DNA of 64,000 bases from an uncultured Actinomycetes bacterium (GTDB taxonomy: Bacteria; Actinomycetota; Actinomycetes; Streptosporangiales; Streptosporangiaceae), in NCBI GenBank assembly GCA_963720945.1, contig CAVRHH010000024.1:1-64000 (forward strand), in the 5' to 3' direction. The notes under the pieces were generated by a model. The model did not search any database. It worked only from the letters and a program-made list of their open reading frames with translations, and was not told the DNA's origin. This document shows, piece by piece, positions 48,097-58,638 of this stretch (positions within the stretch are counted from its first letter, which is position 1; every line of letters begins with the position of its first letter). The position numbers and the translations under genes were made by a program.

Positions 48097-49872
48097 CTAC
48101 TGGTAGGAGATCATCACCGGCGCCGGGACCTTCGCCATCGTGCCCTGCGGGCTCAGCATCGGGTGATCCTTGACGAAGAAGTTCTTCCAGCCGAAGAACA
48201 CCCCGCGCGGGGCGGCCGCGGTGATCGTGTTCCAGGTCTCCTGCTTCACGCCCTGGGTGCCCTGGCCGTCCATGTGGACGACGATGGCCAGGTCGTCGTT
48301 GCGGGTGTCGAGCTCCTGCTCGTGCTGGATCATCGACAGCCGGAACTGGTGCAGCACCAGCACCTTCTGCGGCAGGTGCAGCTCGGCGGTCAGGCCCGCC
48401 AGCCAGCCCACCACGCCGTTGACCTCGCCGATGCTGACGCTGCCGATCTGCTGCAACGGCAGCTGACCGGGCTGCAGCTTCCACTCCGCGTCGAGGGCCA
48501 GCCCGACGTTGGGCATCGCCAGCAGCGGCTCGTACATCTTGGCTTGATCGAGGAGATTGGCCCGGCCCGGCTGCAGGTCCAGGATGACGTAAAAACCGGC
48601 CGCGGTCGCCTGCTGCACCCACGGGCGCAGTGACGCCAGGCTGCTGACCGCCGAGTAGGTACCTTGCGGCCCGGGAAAGCCCAGCGCCACCGTGGCGATG
48701 ATCTCGAAGGCCGGCACCACGGGGACGCTGCTGAGCGCCTGGTAGGGGGCGGCCATCTGCCGGGCCCGCGCGATGGTGGCCGGGAGATCCTGCTGGCCGA
48801 GCGCGCCGAGGGCGGGAGATTCCGGGTTGCCGTACAGGGCGACCAGCCGGTGACCAGGGAAGACGAGCTGGCCACCGCCGGGGAGCTGCACGCCGGTGGC
48901 CGCGACCGCGACCCGGTAGGCGAGCGTGCTGGCCGACCCGAAACCGGCACCGGCCGCCACCACCCGGACCGGTTTCCCCGCCGCGAGCGCGGCGATCGCG
49001 GCGGGGTCGGCCCGCGGGTCACCGCCGTGCACCGGCACCACGGCCGCCCCGGCGACCTGGGCAGTTGCGGTTATGGCGAGCGCCACGGCGGAATCGCCAG
49101 GCGCCGTGAGGACCGCGACGTGGCTGAGCGGTGGCGGCGCCTTGGTCACGGGCAGCGTGCTGGGCGCACCGGTCACGTGAATGCCGGGCAGCTTCGCCGC
49201 CAGGACGTTCGGGGCCAGCCCGATCACGAGCACGTCGCGAGGGTGAAGGTTCCTGATCTCGGCGCGCAGGGCGGCCGTGATCGCGCCGGTTGGCACCACA
49301 GCCGGCGGCGGTGGCGGCCCGGGGGGCGGCGCCGATCCGCCGCCCGCCGGGACAGCGGCCGGCGCGGGTACGGCGGACGGCCGGGGGCTCTGGGGCAGTG
49401 CGGGCCGCTGGGAGGGTGCGGGCGGCCGGTGCGTGGCTGGACCCGGCGGCGGGGCAGGGCTCTGGTGCGCCGGGGGCGTGGCGGAAGCCGAGGCACCACC
49501 CGCGGCGGTGCCAGCCGGGGTGCCCGCCGGGAACGGCGCGGTCAGCAGCAACGGCGCGGCCGCCCGCCGCGCGTCACCAGTGGCCACCATCACCGCGGCC
49601 GGGTCCTCGGTGCTGACCACGACGACCGGCGCGGACCGGAACAGCTGCTGAGCGACGCCCGCGGCCAGCTCGTCGGGCGGCGTGCTGGTGAGCACGACTG
49701 CCGCCGAGGACGGGAGCTGCGTGCGGGCCGCCAGCGGATCCCGGGACGAGCCGGGCCCGGAAGTCGACGGCGAGGCCACCGATGGCCCGGTGGCCGAGCA
49801 CGCGGACACCCCGAAGGCGGCGATGGACAGGACGGCGAGGATCGTTCCGGTACGGCGCACGCTTTCCCTCAC
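48097..49872 (-). CDS. Lipoprotein with long Pro/Ala-rich linker and a C-terminal globular domain (possible glycoside-hydrolase-like TIM-barrel; unassigned)
   Basis: Signal peptide with lipobox (FGVSAC). 591 aa. Confidence 0.5.
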   Translation of the reverse strand: MRESVRRTGTILAVLSIAAFGVSACSATGPSVASPSTSGPGSSRDPLAARTQLPSSAAVVLTSTPPDELAAGVAQQLFRSAPVVVVSTEDPAAVMVATGDARRAAAPLLLTAPFPAGTPAGTAAGGASASATPPAHQSPAPPPGPATHRPPAPSQRPALPQSPRPSAVPAPAAVPAGGGSAPPPGPPPPPAVVPTGAITAALRAEIRNLHPRDVLVIGLAPNVLAAKLPGIHVTGAPSTLPVTKAPPPLSHVAVLTAPGDSAVALAITATAQVAGAAVVPVHGGDPRADPAAIAALAAGKPVRVVAAGAGFGSASTLAYRVAVAATGVQLPGGGQLVFPGHRLVALYGNPESPALGALGQQDLPATIARARQMAAPYQALSSVPVVPAFEIIATVALGFPGPQGTYSAVSSLASLRPWVQQATAAGFYVILDLQPGRANLLDQAKMYEPLLAMPNVGLALDAEWKLQPGQLPLQQIGSVSIGEVNGVVGWLAGLTAELHLPQKVLVLHQFRLSMIQHEQELDTRNDDLAIVVHMDGQGTQGVKQETWNTITAAAPRGVFFGWKNFFVKDHPMLSPQGTMAKVPAPVMISYQ

Positions 49873-50076
49873 GTTCGCTCAGTCGGCTGGGCCAGGTGTT
49901 GCGCCGCCCGACACGCTACCGGCGGCCCGGCGGCCAGGCGAGAAGCGACACACGACTGTGGCCCGGTCGTTACGACTCAGCCGGGCACAAACAGCCGGAT
50001 TCCTCGCCCCGGGCCCGCAGGCCGGCCGCGCTTCCGCGGCGCACCGCCCCCCGGCTTTGCCGGTACGCCGGGGTGT

Positions 50077-50952
50077 CTAGCCTGCTGAGGTGTGCAGCCG
50101 GCGGCGCCCCTGGGCCCATGCCGCCTCGAGGCCGGGCAGGCGGCTCCGCGCCGTGTCGGCGCCGTCCAGTTCCCGGTGGATGCGCAGTTCCCGGACCAGA
50201 ATGCAGGCGAGGTTGACGCAGAACTCCGCGCCCGTCCCGGCCGACGCCACGGCCGCGTCAACGCGGTGCCGCATCTCGGGGGCCGCGTCCCCGAACAGCA
50301 CGTACAAGGTGGCCAGGTCGTAACCGGCCAGATACTGGCCGCCGAACTCCCAGTCGACCAGCGTGCACCCGTGCCCGGGGCCGAGCAGCACATTGGCCGG
50401 CAGCAGATCGCCGTGGCCGAACTCGCGCCGTTTCCCGCAGCGGGCCAGCAGCCGCGTCAGCGCCTGCTGATCGGCGGTGGTGAAGAATCCGCGGCGATAG
50501 TAACGCTCGATCCGCTTCTCGTAATCAACCATCACGCGAAGCGCAGGCGAACCCGGCAACACCGGCTGCCAGGTGCCGATCGCCTGCACGGTGGCGATGA
50601 CGGCCGAGATGTCACCCGGATCGAGCGCACGCGACAGATAGCGGCCTTCGTCGGCCGGGCGGGCCACGATACGTTCCAGGATCAGCGCGGTCTCGCCGTT
50701 CGTCCATTTCAGCCCGGGTATCCGGATCGGCGGCCGCTCCCGGGCGAAGGAACGGTAGATATCGATCTCGTGCCGCCACTTCGCCACCCAGAACGGGTCG
50801 CCGGTGATCAGGATTTTTGCGATGACCAGCTCGCCGTCCAGCTCGCCCGCCACGAGCAGCGACTTCCCGGCGTGGCGCACAACATGGGTGCTGATCAGCC
50901 CGGCTTCGGCCACGACCGCGGCGAGCAGGGCGTCCGGAGCACTATCTGCCAT
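50077..50952 (-). CDS. Aminoglycoside phosphotransferase (APH)/phosphotransferase-family kinase
   Basis: HGDLLPANVL catalytic loop and DWEF motif. Confidence 0.7.
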   Translation of the reverse strand: MADSAPDALLAAVVAEAGLISTHVVRHAGKSLLVAGELDGELVIAKILITGDPFWVAKWRHEIDIYRSFARERPPIRIPGLKWTNGETALILERIVARPADEGRYLSRALDPGDISAVIATVQAIGTWQPVLPGSPALRVMVDYEKRIERYYRRGFFTTADQQALTRLLARCGKRREFGHGDLLPANVLLGPGHGCTLVDWEFGGQYLAGYDLATLYVLFGDAAPEMRHRVDAAVASAGTGAEFCVNLACILVRELRIHRELDGADTARSRLPGLEAAWAQGRRRLHTSAG

Positions 50953-50993
50953 CCGGCGGCTTTCGTCTCGCGCTCTGCGTCAGCGGGCCGGCA

Positions 50994-51127
50994 TCAGAGC
51001 TCGTAGTCGAGGGTGCAGGCGTACGTCTTGCTGATGTGGGCGGGCGCGAGCTTTACCCGTTCCCGGTCGTCGTACGGTACCTCCTCGTCGAGGTGGTCCA
51101 GGCCGAAGGTGCCCTCTGCTCTCTTCA
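50994..51127 (-). CDS. Possible 44-aa small protein (MKRAEGTFGLDHLDEEVPYDDRERVKLAPAHISKTYACTLDYEL)
   Basis: Non-GC-biased small ORF in an intergenic gap. No family recognised. Confidence 0.15.
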
Positions 51128-51261
51128 TGATCCATAGTCTGTCGCAGGTCACGCGCGGATCACAGGGGTAACACCGGCCGGAGTAAGAGCAGCTCGCGGG
51201 ACGGGACTGGCTGGGAAGAGACCGGCGCGCGGACCCGGGCGGCTGAGGTAAGACAGGACAG

Positions 51262-52260
51262 GTGGACCCGGCACAGGCGTTGCGGCAGATAGCGTTCGAG
51301 CTCGAGCGGGCAGGCGCGCCGACGTACCGTGTCCGGGCGTTCCGGCGGGCCGCGCAGGTCGTGGACGAGCTTCCGCCCGGCGAACTCACGCAGCGGATCG
51401 GCCAGGGCACGCTGCGCGCTCTGCCCGGGATCGGCGCCACGACCGCCGAGGTCATCGAGCAGGCGGCCGGCGGGCAGCAGCCCGCATACCTGGCCGGCCT
51501 GCTCGCCGCCGCCGTTCCGGCGACGCGGACGAGCCTGCGAGCGGAACTGCGTGGCGACGGCCACACCCACTCGGACTGGTCCGACGGCGGCAGCCCGCCA
51601 CGGGAGATGGCCGAGGCGGCCCGCGATCTGGGGCTCAGCTGGGTCGCGCTGACCGACCACTCGCCGCGGCTCACGGTGGCGCGCGGGCTGTCCGCGGAAC
51701 GGCTGCTGGCGCAGCTCGGCCTCATCGACGAACTGAACGCCGAGCTGGCGCCGTTCCGCATCCTGACCGGCATCGAGGTGGACATCCTCGAGGACGGATC
51801 CCTCGATCAGCGCGACGATCTGCTGGCCCGGCTGGACGTCGTGGTGGCCAGCGTGCACTCGAAACTGCGGATGGACGCCGCACCGATGACCAAGCGCATG
51901 CTGGCGGCCGTGCGCAACCCGCTCGCCGACATTCTTGGTCACTGCACCGGGCGGCTGATCACCGGGCGCGGCCGCCCGCAGTCGCAGTTCGACGCCGAGG
52001 CCGTGTTCACCGCCTGCCGGGAGAACGGCACGGCGGTCGAGATCAACTGCCGCCCCGAACGCCAGGATCCACCCGGCGACCTGCTCACCCTGGCCGTGGA
52101 CGTCGGGTGCGTGTTCTCCATCGACACCGACGCGCACGCTCCGGGGCAGCTCGACTGGATCGGCAGCGGCTGTGCACGGGCGGAAGCGGCGGGCATCGCG
52201 CCGGACCGGGTGATCAACGCGCTCACCGCGGACGACCTGATCGCACGCACACGCGGGTAA
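51262..52260 (+). CDS. PHP-domain protein with N-terminal helix-hairpin-helix (PolX-like phosphoesterase without the polymerase domain)
   Basis: HhH motif (LRALPGIGATTAEVI) and PHP metal-binding histidines (GDGHTHSDWSDG; TDHSP; SIDTDAHA). Confidence 0.8.
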   Translation: MDPAQALRQIAFELERAGAPTYRVRAFRRAAQVVDELPPGELTQRIGQGTLRALPGIGATTAEVIEQAAGGQQPAYLAGLLAAAVPATRTSLRAELRGDGHTHSDWSDGGSPPREMAEAARDLGLSWVALTDHSPRLTVARGLSAERLLAQLGLIDELNAELAPFRILTGIEVDILEDGSLDQRDDLLARLDVVVASVHSKLRMDAAPMTKRMLAAVRNPLADILGHCTGRLITGRGRPQSQFDAEAVFTACRENGTAVEINCRPERQDPPGDLLTLAVDVGCVFSIDTDAHAPGQLDWIGSGCARAEAAGIAPDRVINALTADDLIARTRG

Positions 52261-52400
52261 CGGACACGCCCGGGTAACGGCGCTGAACCTGGCCGAGGAG
52301 ATTCAGCTGAACATGTGGATCCGTTCTGCGTCGGCGCCGCCGCGCTGGCCAGCGGGCGCCCAAGGACGGGAATACCATCCGCACGCGCTGGCGCCGGGGG

Positions 52401-52634
52401 CTAGGTTTCCCGCCTCCGGATGAGCACGGCCGAGAGGGGAGTCCGCGGTAGCGGCACGACTTTAACAAAACGGCGCAATTTGCCCATGACCGGCCGGACA
52501 AACCTCAACATCCGGGGGGGCCTAGACCACCGGCGGCAACCGCACAGCGCGCAATCAGTGCCACGCCGGTAATGCGAATGCGCCGGCCGTTCATGACCGC
52601 ATCGGCAAACGGTCGGCCCCCGGGAGATGCTCAT
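52401..52634 (-). CDS. Candidate small Cys/His-rich protein (77 aa) in a low-GC intergenic island
   Basis: ATG 52632-52634 with aaagga 12 nt upstream. Motif CRCGHERPAHSHYRRGTDCALCGC. No recognised family. Confidence 0.2.
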   Translation of the reverse strand: MSISRGPTVCRCGHERPAHSHYRRGTDCALCGCRRWSRPPRMLRFVRPVMGKLRRFVKVVPLPRTPLSAVLIRRRET

Positions 52635-53244
52635 AACGTTTGTGTATCCTTTCCGGCATAGCGCAAACCTGCACAGACCGCCCTTGCCCCCCACAGGCCG
52701 GCCGGGATCGTCCCGGGAGAGCCAGCGGACCCCGATCTGGCGCTAAAACTAGAGCACTACGGAAGCCTCCGGCGATACAACGTCGGCATATGGGATTGTG
52801 TACGTATCTGCCCTCTTTGCGGATGCCGCCAATCTCCTGGCACCTGATCCGGCAGAACCAAACGGAACCGCGCTAAGCGATCGGGGCATGCAAGGAAAAA
52901 CGGGCATGGGGCGACCGCCGAATGCCTATCCTCATTAAGGTGAAGACAACGGCGACCAGACGGCTTGCCGCGGTTCGCAATCGCGGTCATGCCCTGCTCC
53001 ACGACCTCTACCAGCAGGTGAACAGATTGTCCACGCCGGCACCGGGCAGTCCGGGGCGCATTCGAGCGGTGCAGCCGAGAATCCCGGGCCGCCGCAGCCG
53101 CCAGGCAGGTCGCACCGGCAGGAACTGACTCCTGGCCGCTGACTCCTGACCGCGGCCATGCCGCGCCTGGGCGGCGGCGCCGAGCCGTGCGCCGATGTGG
53201 CCATCGGCGGCACGAACGCCTTTATGGCCGATATGGCCGATTTA

Positions 53245-54963
53245 TTACCGGCGCGGAAGCGATCCGGCTCTATGCGATGGCCCTGACTGGAGTTCATCGC
53301 CACGGTCCTGGCGCTGGTGATCTGGCGAGGGCTGATCGGCCTGGCTTGCCTGCCGGTGCCGGCGGCCGGATGGCCGGTGCGCAGGCGGTGGGCCCTCAGC
53401 CTGGCCCTCAGCCTGGCCCTCAGCCTGGGCAATCCCGTGTTCGCGGCGAATGATTGGCATTGGCTGGGTGGTGACCACGTTAGGCCACGCCCAGCCGATC
53501 TGGTTCGGGGGGGCCGGGGTCGACATGGCCATCAGAACGGCCAGCCCCTCCTCCTGCTGGACCTGCAGGCCGGAATCAACTGCGCTCCTGGAGACAACGG
53601 GGAACCAAATCGTAGGCGCGTTCGCAGCAGCCGTGGATGCCGCGGCGTCCGCGGCAGACGCGGCATCCACGGCAGCCGAATTGCTCTGCCCGGCGACCTT
53701 CCGGTGCCGACCATAGCCAGCAGCCGCGCGCATGACGGCCGGGGTGGTGAACAGAGCCTCAGCCATTGTGACCAGCAGCCCGGCGAACGTCATCCCGACC
53801 AGGCCGCCGCGCAGGCAGCCGATCACCGACGCAATGACGTTAACCACGGCAAAGGCCGTCAGGACGGTTGCTGCTCGCGTCAGCTTGCCGTTTGCGCGGC
53901 AGACGGCAACGTAAAAGGAACCGGGAATGGCGGGCAGGTAGGTAAGGACGAGCAGTTGCATGGGCAGCGTGGCCACATCAGCGTAGCCTGAGCCAAATAT
54001 TTGCAGTATGTAACGAGCGCCAAAACCTAGTATCGCCATTCCCGGTATACCCAGCAATATTGATATGCGCAAACTCAGGCGGAGCTGCCTGGCCATCCCA
54101 TCCGAGTCACCAGAGGCGACCGCGAAGAGAACCGTAGAAACGTGTCCTGGCAGGACGTACAGGAAACTGCAGATGGTCCAGGCGGCATAAAAGCCGGCGT
54201 TCGCAGAAGGCAACAGGATCGAGGCCGCCAGCACCGGGACCAGCAGGCCAGGAGCCGAGATGGCAAGATTCAGCCAATTGTGAGCCGCCACGGTCCCGCC
54301 GAAGCTTTTAAGCACGCCCCACTCCGGCCTACGCAGGAAACGCTCGTGTTGCAGCCCTAGCTGGGCCGCGACCACGAGTAGCGATACCGGAATAGCAGCC
54401 ACCCAGGACAAGAAAAGCCCAATACCCAGGGTGTAGTGCAGGACAGTAGCTACGCCAATCAGGGTCAGCAGTTTCACAACCGCGAATGCCATGTTTCGCG
54501 TCAACTGCAGTCCGCCGCGCAGCAAACCGATTGCGGCAGCGTCAAATACGGCCGACGCCGTGGTCAGGACAACCCCGGCACAGAGGAGGGCCGCGTGCAG
54601 CGGAGTCCCGATAACAGTGCTGAAATGCGTAGTGAAGTAAGGGGCCACGAAGATAAAACCGACGGACAATATCAGCGATCCGACACCCGCCGCGAACACT
54701 GCCGCCCAGATAAGGCCGGAACGATTGCCGGTTCGCCCGGGCAAGCTCCCGATAAGGAGGGTGCTGAGGCCAAATACACCAAATGACGAGAGCAGCGTCA
54801 TCACTGATACGGCCCCGGCGCCATAGCCAACGGCCTGCTGGCTGAATAGCCGGGCCGCAAGATCCCAGTAGGCCAAGCCCAGGGCCGAGGTAAGCCCGGT
54901 CGTGGCAATAAGGCTCGCTGCATTGACAAGCAGGGCCTTATACCGGCCCAGGGAAGGCATCAT
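53245..54963 (-). CDS. MOP-superfamily polysaccharide/oligosaccharide flippase (Wzx-like)
   Basis: Twin ATG at 54958-54963 (MMPSLGRYKALLVNAASL...). About 14 TM helices. The C-terminal ~120 aa tail has low complexity (AEGQ x3). Confidence 0.7.
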   Translation of the reverse strand: MMPSLGRYKALLVNAASLIATTGLTSALGLAYWDLAARLFSQQAVGYGAGAVSVMTLLSSFGVFGLSTLLIGSLPGRTGNRSGLIWAAVFAAGVGSLILSVGFIFVAPYFTTHFSTVIGTPLHAALLCAGVVLTTASAVFDAAAIGLLRGGLQLTRNMAFAVVKLLTLIGVATVLHYTLGIGLFLSWVAAIPVSLLVVAAQLGLQHERFLRRPEWGVLKSFGGTVAAHNWLNLAISAPGLLVPVLAASILLPSANAGFYAAWTICSFLYVLPGHVSTVLFAVASGDSDGMARQLRLSLRISILLGIPGMAILGFGARYILQIFGSGYADVATLPMQLLVLTYLPAIPGSFYVAVCRANGKLTRAATVLTAFAVVNVIASVIGCLRGGLVGMTFAGLLVTMAEALFTTPAVMRAAAGYGRHRKVAGQSNSAAVDAASAADAAASTAAANAPTIWFPVVSRSAVDSGLQVQQEEGLAVLMAMSTPAPPNQIGWAWPNVVTTQPMPIIRREHGIAQAEGQAEGQAEGPPPAHRPSGRRHRQASQADQPSPDHQRQDRGDELQSGPSHRAGSLPRR

Positions 54964-55380
54964 GCTGGTCCAGGGCGATCGATGGCCCCGGTCCGCGCAC
55001 TCACCTTCCTGGCCGAACCGGGCGGGCGGAAGAAATAAGTTCCGGCGGCCGGCAGGAGCTGATGGGCCCGCCGCGCTCGCCGGTCTCGTTCCGGGGCCGC
55101 CGCTTCTCGGCCGCGCCCGGCGGGCCGGGACGCAAACCGCCGGCACGACCGCGAGGCATGGTTGCCCGGATCCGGCAGGCAATTGCGCGGTGATACCAAG
55201 AAGATCCCCTTCCTGACCGGAATGTCACCGCCCTCCACGGCCTCATGCACGGCACGCTCCCGGGTATCACCCACGCGAGGGAAGAACACCCCGGAGCACA
55301 TCGCCTGACAAAGCGCGGATCGACCAGAGCATGGCGATCCGGCTGTATCGTACCTTCTGTGCTGGCGAGCCCGCCCCTGA

Positions 55381-55420
55381 ACCGGGACACCCGGCCCGGA
55401 ACCGGGACACCCGGCCCGGA
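55381..55420. promoter_or_regulatory. 20-bp perfect direct repeat x2 (accgggacacccggcccgga) in the divergent flippase/GT4 promoter region
   Basis: Direct reading; units 55381-55400 and 55401-55420. Confidence 0.5.
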
Positions 55421-55556
55421 ACGAACGTCGGCCGCTGGGCGCCCTGCTGACACAGCGCTAGCGGCCCGGGCGCGGTTCCCTCGTTGAGCCGGCCGCAGCG
55501 CCGGCCGCGGGCCTGGCCGAATGCGCGACGAGTCTTTCCGGAGGGAAGAATATTCC

Positions 55557-56684
55557 ATGCGTATCATTTTCGCGGTCCAGGGACCGAGCGTTCCGTATCA
55601 GTTTGCCGGCAGCACCATGGACATTCACCACCTGGCACTAACGCTCGCATCTGAGGGGCATGACGTCGCGGTGGCCTCAGCGCTGCCCGGGCTGCCGGAA
55701 TCGGTGAGATTCCGGCAGCTTCCCTACCGGTTCCTGCAGGCTGCCTCCCGGAAAGAACTCGTTATCTACCGCGATACCGACAGCGGCTATGAGACATTCC
55801 GGGCCGGGAATTGGCTCGTCCCCCGGCTGCTGGAGGAACGAATAGCAGCATGGCGCCCAGATATCGTTGTGACACAAGGACAAGATTCCTGGACACTCGC
55901 ACTTGCAGCCGTTAGCCGAGGGGTCCCGGTTGTCCTGCGGCAGATAGACCTGTGGGGCGTTGAAGTGCTCGCCGAAGCGGCCGCAAAGGATACCGCAGTT
56001 GCGGCACTATTGCGTAGCCCGCTATTCTCCATAGTGAGCAACTCGGCATTTATAGCCGCTAAAGCTGAAGAGCTCCTTCAGGTTTCCTCGCCCGTCGTCC
56101 ATCCCCTGATCAGGCCCGAGGATTCCACCTGCGACAACATCGACCCCAGGTACATCACCTTTATCAGCCCGGTCCCCTGGAAAGGCCTGACGGTCGCCCT
56201 GGAGGTAGCACGGCTGCTCCCGCACCGGGACTTTCTCTTCGTCCAGGGCTGGCGCAGGAGCGCGGCGGAGCGCAAAAAACAGATAGCTGACCTGGCCGGG
56301 CTGCCCAACGTCGTCTTGCGGCCCAACTCCGCCGGGCTCAAAGACGTCTTCGCGTCGACCGCGGTGCTCCTGGCGCCCTCCCAGATCGAAGAGGCCTTCG
56401 GCCGGGTCATCATAGAGGCAGGCCTTAACGGCATCCCCGCCGTGGCCAGCCGCATCGGCGGAATCCCCGAATCCATCGGCGAATCGGGCGTCCTGCTGCC
56501 GCCCACGGACCCGCCGCAACGCTGGGCCGATGCGATTGACCGGATGCTCTCAGATCCAGCGTCCTACGCAAGACTGCGCACCGCTGCCCTTGCTAACGCA
56601 CAGCGACAGGAATTCGCGGCAACGACGATCGCGGAAAGATTCATCAAGGTCCTCACCAGCCAGCTCCGCACCGTCCCGGCATAA
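55557..56684 (+). CDS. Family 4 (GT-B) glycosyltransferase
   Basis: Glycos_transf_1 C-terminal motif (EAFGRVIIEAGLNGIPAVASRIGGIPE). ATG 55557 preceded by GGAGGGA. Confidence 0.85.
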   Translation: MRIIFAVQGPSVPYQFAGSTMDIHHLALTLASEGHDVAVASALPGLPESVRFRQLPYRFLQAASRKELVIYRDTDSGYETFRAGNWLVPRLLEERIAAWRPDIVVTQGQDSWTLALAAVSRGVPVVLRQIDLWGVEVLAEAAAKDTAVAALLRSPLFSIVSNSAFIAAKAEELLQVSSPVVHPLIRPEDSTCDNIDPRYITFISPVPWKGLTVALEVARLLPHRDFLFVQGWRRSAAERKKQIADLAGLPNVVLRPNSAGLKDVFASTAVLLAPSQIEEAFGRVIIEAGLNGIPAVASRIGGIPESIGESGVLLPPTDPPQRWADAIDRMLSDPASYARLRTAALANAQRQEFAATTIAERFIKVLTSQLRTVPA

Positions 56685-57134
56685 TCCCTTCCGCGCGACC
56701 GGGAAGTCCTAGGCCCTGAGTGCCTTTCGCGAACCAGGTCCCGTTGGGGCGGGGACGGGAGCTGCTGCGCCGGCCGTATCAGGATCACCTGGACCTGCTG
56801 GACCTGCTGGCGGCGCGGGAAGAGCGCCGCCACGACGTAACCGGCCCGGAAGGAATTGCGCGGACGCGGGCGGCGAGGCAGAGCGCCGCGACCCGGGTCA
56901 CCGCCGCACCTGGCTCGCCCTGGCCGACGGTAACCGCACCCAGATCGACGCAATCACCGACGAGTCGTATCGAATGATTACAAGTAAACCTCTCGTGGCA
57001 TATCCGCGTCCTCTATCGTGGCCGGTACCTGAGGAGCAAGTTATGACTGGTGGGGAAGCGGCGTGGACTTCTCACTGAGCGCCGGGACGGCCACGGAACA
57101 AGCGCTAGCAGACACACGGAAGGAAGGTGCTCAG

Positions 57135-57398
57135 GTGGAGACGGTCATCAACGATTACATCAGCCGGGAACTCGTCCAGGACCCGGCGCTGCTGCCGCTG
57201 GCGGACGATACATCACTACTGGAGAGCGGCATCCTCGATTCGCTGAGCCTGCTGCGGCTGGTGGTCTTCCTGGAAGAGCGGTTCGGGATCACGATGGGCG
57301 ACGCGGACCTGCTCCCGGAGAATTTCGCCAGCGTGAACACTATCTGCGCCTACCTCCGCGCTCGGGAGCCCGGAAAGCAGCAAGCCTCGCGTGGGTGA
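57135..57398 (+). CDS. Acyl carrier protein (phosphopantetheine attachment site DSL)
   Basis: GILDSLSLLRLVVFLEERFGI. GTG 57135 preceded by GGAAGGAAGG. Overlaps the downstream acyltransferase by 8 nt. Confidence 0.7.
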   Translation: METVINDYISRELVQDPALLPLADDTSLLESGILDSLSLLRLVVFLEERFGITMGDADLLPENFASVNTICAYLRAREPGKQQASRG

Positions 57399-58428
57399 CC
57401 GCCCCGCGGGAGGGCTGCTGGGCAACGTGGTACGCGTGGCCTTCTCGGCAGCCCTGGCCCGTCTGCCGGCCGCCCTCGGCTACCGCATCGCATGCTGGCG
57501 CGCCGACTCACTTTTCCGGCGCCAGGACGGAAAGAGCACCGAGATAGCTCGCAACCTGCAACTGGTGCTCGGGGACGAGCTCAGCCCGGCGGCGGTGCAG
57601 GAGGTGACCCGGGAGTGGTTCCGGCTCGCCTCCTGCGAGGCGGTCGACATGGAGCGGCTACGGTTCACGACACGGCCCCTGCGGCGGCTGGTCGAGATCC
57701 GTGGGCGGGAACACCTGGAGGCCGCGCTGGCCGCGGGCAAGGGAGCCATCCTTGGCACCGGCCACTTCGGCTCGCACAGCAGCGCCTTCTCGGTGCTGCA
57801 CGCCAGCGGCTTCCCGGTCACCACCGTCGGGCGCTGGCACCACAAGTACACGCCCGGCCTCTCATCCGCCGAGCGGCGGTTCTGGCACCTCTACTTCAAG
57901 CCCGTGCGGCGCCACCGGCAGCGGCCGAACATCGAGCCATGGCCTGGCCGGCCCCAGGTCGCGGTGCTGGCAGCGGCCGCACTCCGCGCCAATGAGGTGG
58001 TGACGATCGCGATCGACGCGCCGCCGCTGGACAGCGACCAGGCCCGCGCCGTCCAGGTTCCCTTCCTCGGCCGCCAGGCCGGACTGCTGCCCGGGGCAGT
58101 GGCCCTCGCCCAGGTGACCGGCGCGCCGCTGCTCATGGGTTTCGTGTACCGCGCGGCCGACTACCGCCACCAGGTGCTGGAGATCTCCGCGCCCGTGCCG
58201 GTGGAGGGAAAAACCGCGACGGCCTTCGAGCGCTGCGCCGCCGAGATGAGCGCCGCCATCCTGAGCAGCCCGGCCCACTGGGAATTCTGGGCGAAAACGG
58301 GCGATCTTGACGTCCTCGGGCTGATCCCGCCGCAAGGGGACGGCTCATCAGCCGCGGGGCCGGGCCTTCTGCCGGACGGGAGAATCCTCAACGATGGATC
58401 AGCGGATAGCGTCCCGGCTCGAGGCTGA
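57391..58428 (+). CDS. Lipid A biosynthesis (LpxL/HtrB)-type / PatA-like lysophospholipid acyltransferase family protein
   Basis: GTGHFGSHSSAF HX4-like acyltransferase motif region. ~345 aa, typical of Lip_A_acyltrans. Confidence 0.7.
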   Translation: MGDRPAGGLLGNVVRVAFSAALARLPAALGYRIACWRADSLFRRQDGKSTEIARNLQLVLGDELSPAAVQEVTREWFRLASCEAVDMERLRFTTRPLRRLVEIRGREHLEAALAAGKGAILGTGHFGSHSSAFSVLHASGFPVTTVGRWHHKYTPGLSSAERRFWHLYFKPVRRHRQRPNIEPWPGRPQVAVLAAAALRANEVVTIAIDAPPLDSDQARAVQVPFLGRQAGLLPGAVALAQVTGAPLLMGFVYRAADYRHQVLEISAPVPVEGKTATAFERCAAEMSAAILSSPAHWEFWAKTGDLDVLGLIPPQGDGSSAAGPGLLPDGRILNDGSADSVPARG

Positions 58429-58547
58429 CCTGTTCCTGCTGCACGCTCCGAGCGTCTACGACTGCGGCCGGTGGTTCGACCGACGTCACCGTTCCGCAGC
58501 AGATGATCGAGGATATCTTGGCCACCCCGGTCGGCCGGTGATACTCC

Positions 58548-58618
58548 ATGCGTATCATTTTGCGGTCCAGGGCCTCCGGCAGCTTCCCTGCTGGTTCCGC
58601 ACAATCCCGGCATAATCC
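58548..58618 (+). pseudogene. Internally deleted remnant of a second copy of the GT4 gene (first ~30 nt fused to last ~45 nt plus 3' flank)
   Basis: 58546-58575 matches 55555-55585 (ccatgcgtatcatttt[c]gcggtccaggg). 58590-58650 matches 56664-56720 (ccgcac..tcccggcataatccctt..ccgcg..gac.gggaagt.ctagg). Confidence 0.55.
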
Positions 58619-58638
58619 CTTCTCCGCGACGGGAAGTA

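Noticed and set aside
53317-53991. 224-aa plus-strand ORF in the flippase region
   Set aside because: Antisense to the flippase gene; off-frame composition.
56720-56977. 85-aa plus-strand ORF between the GT4 and ACP genes
   Set aside because: No RBS and off-frame-like composition. It is probably non-coding spacer.
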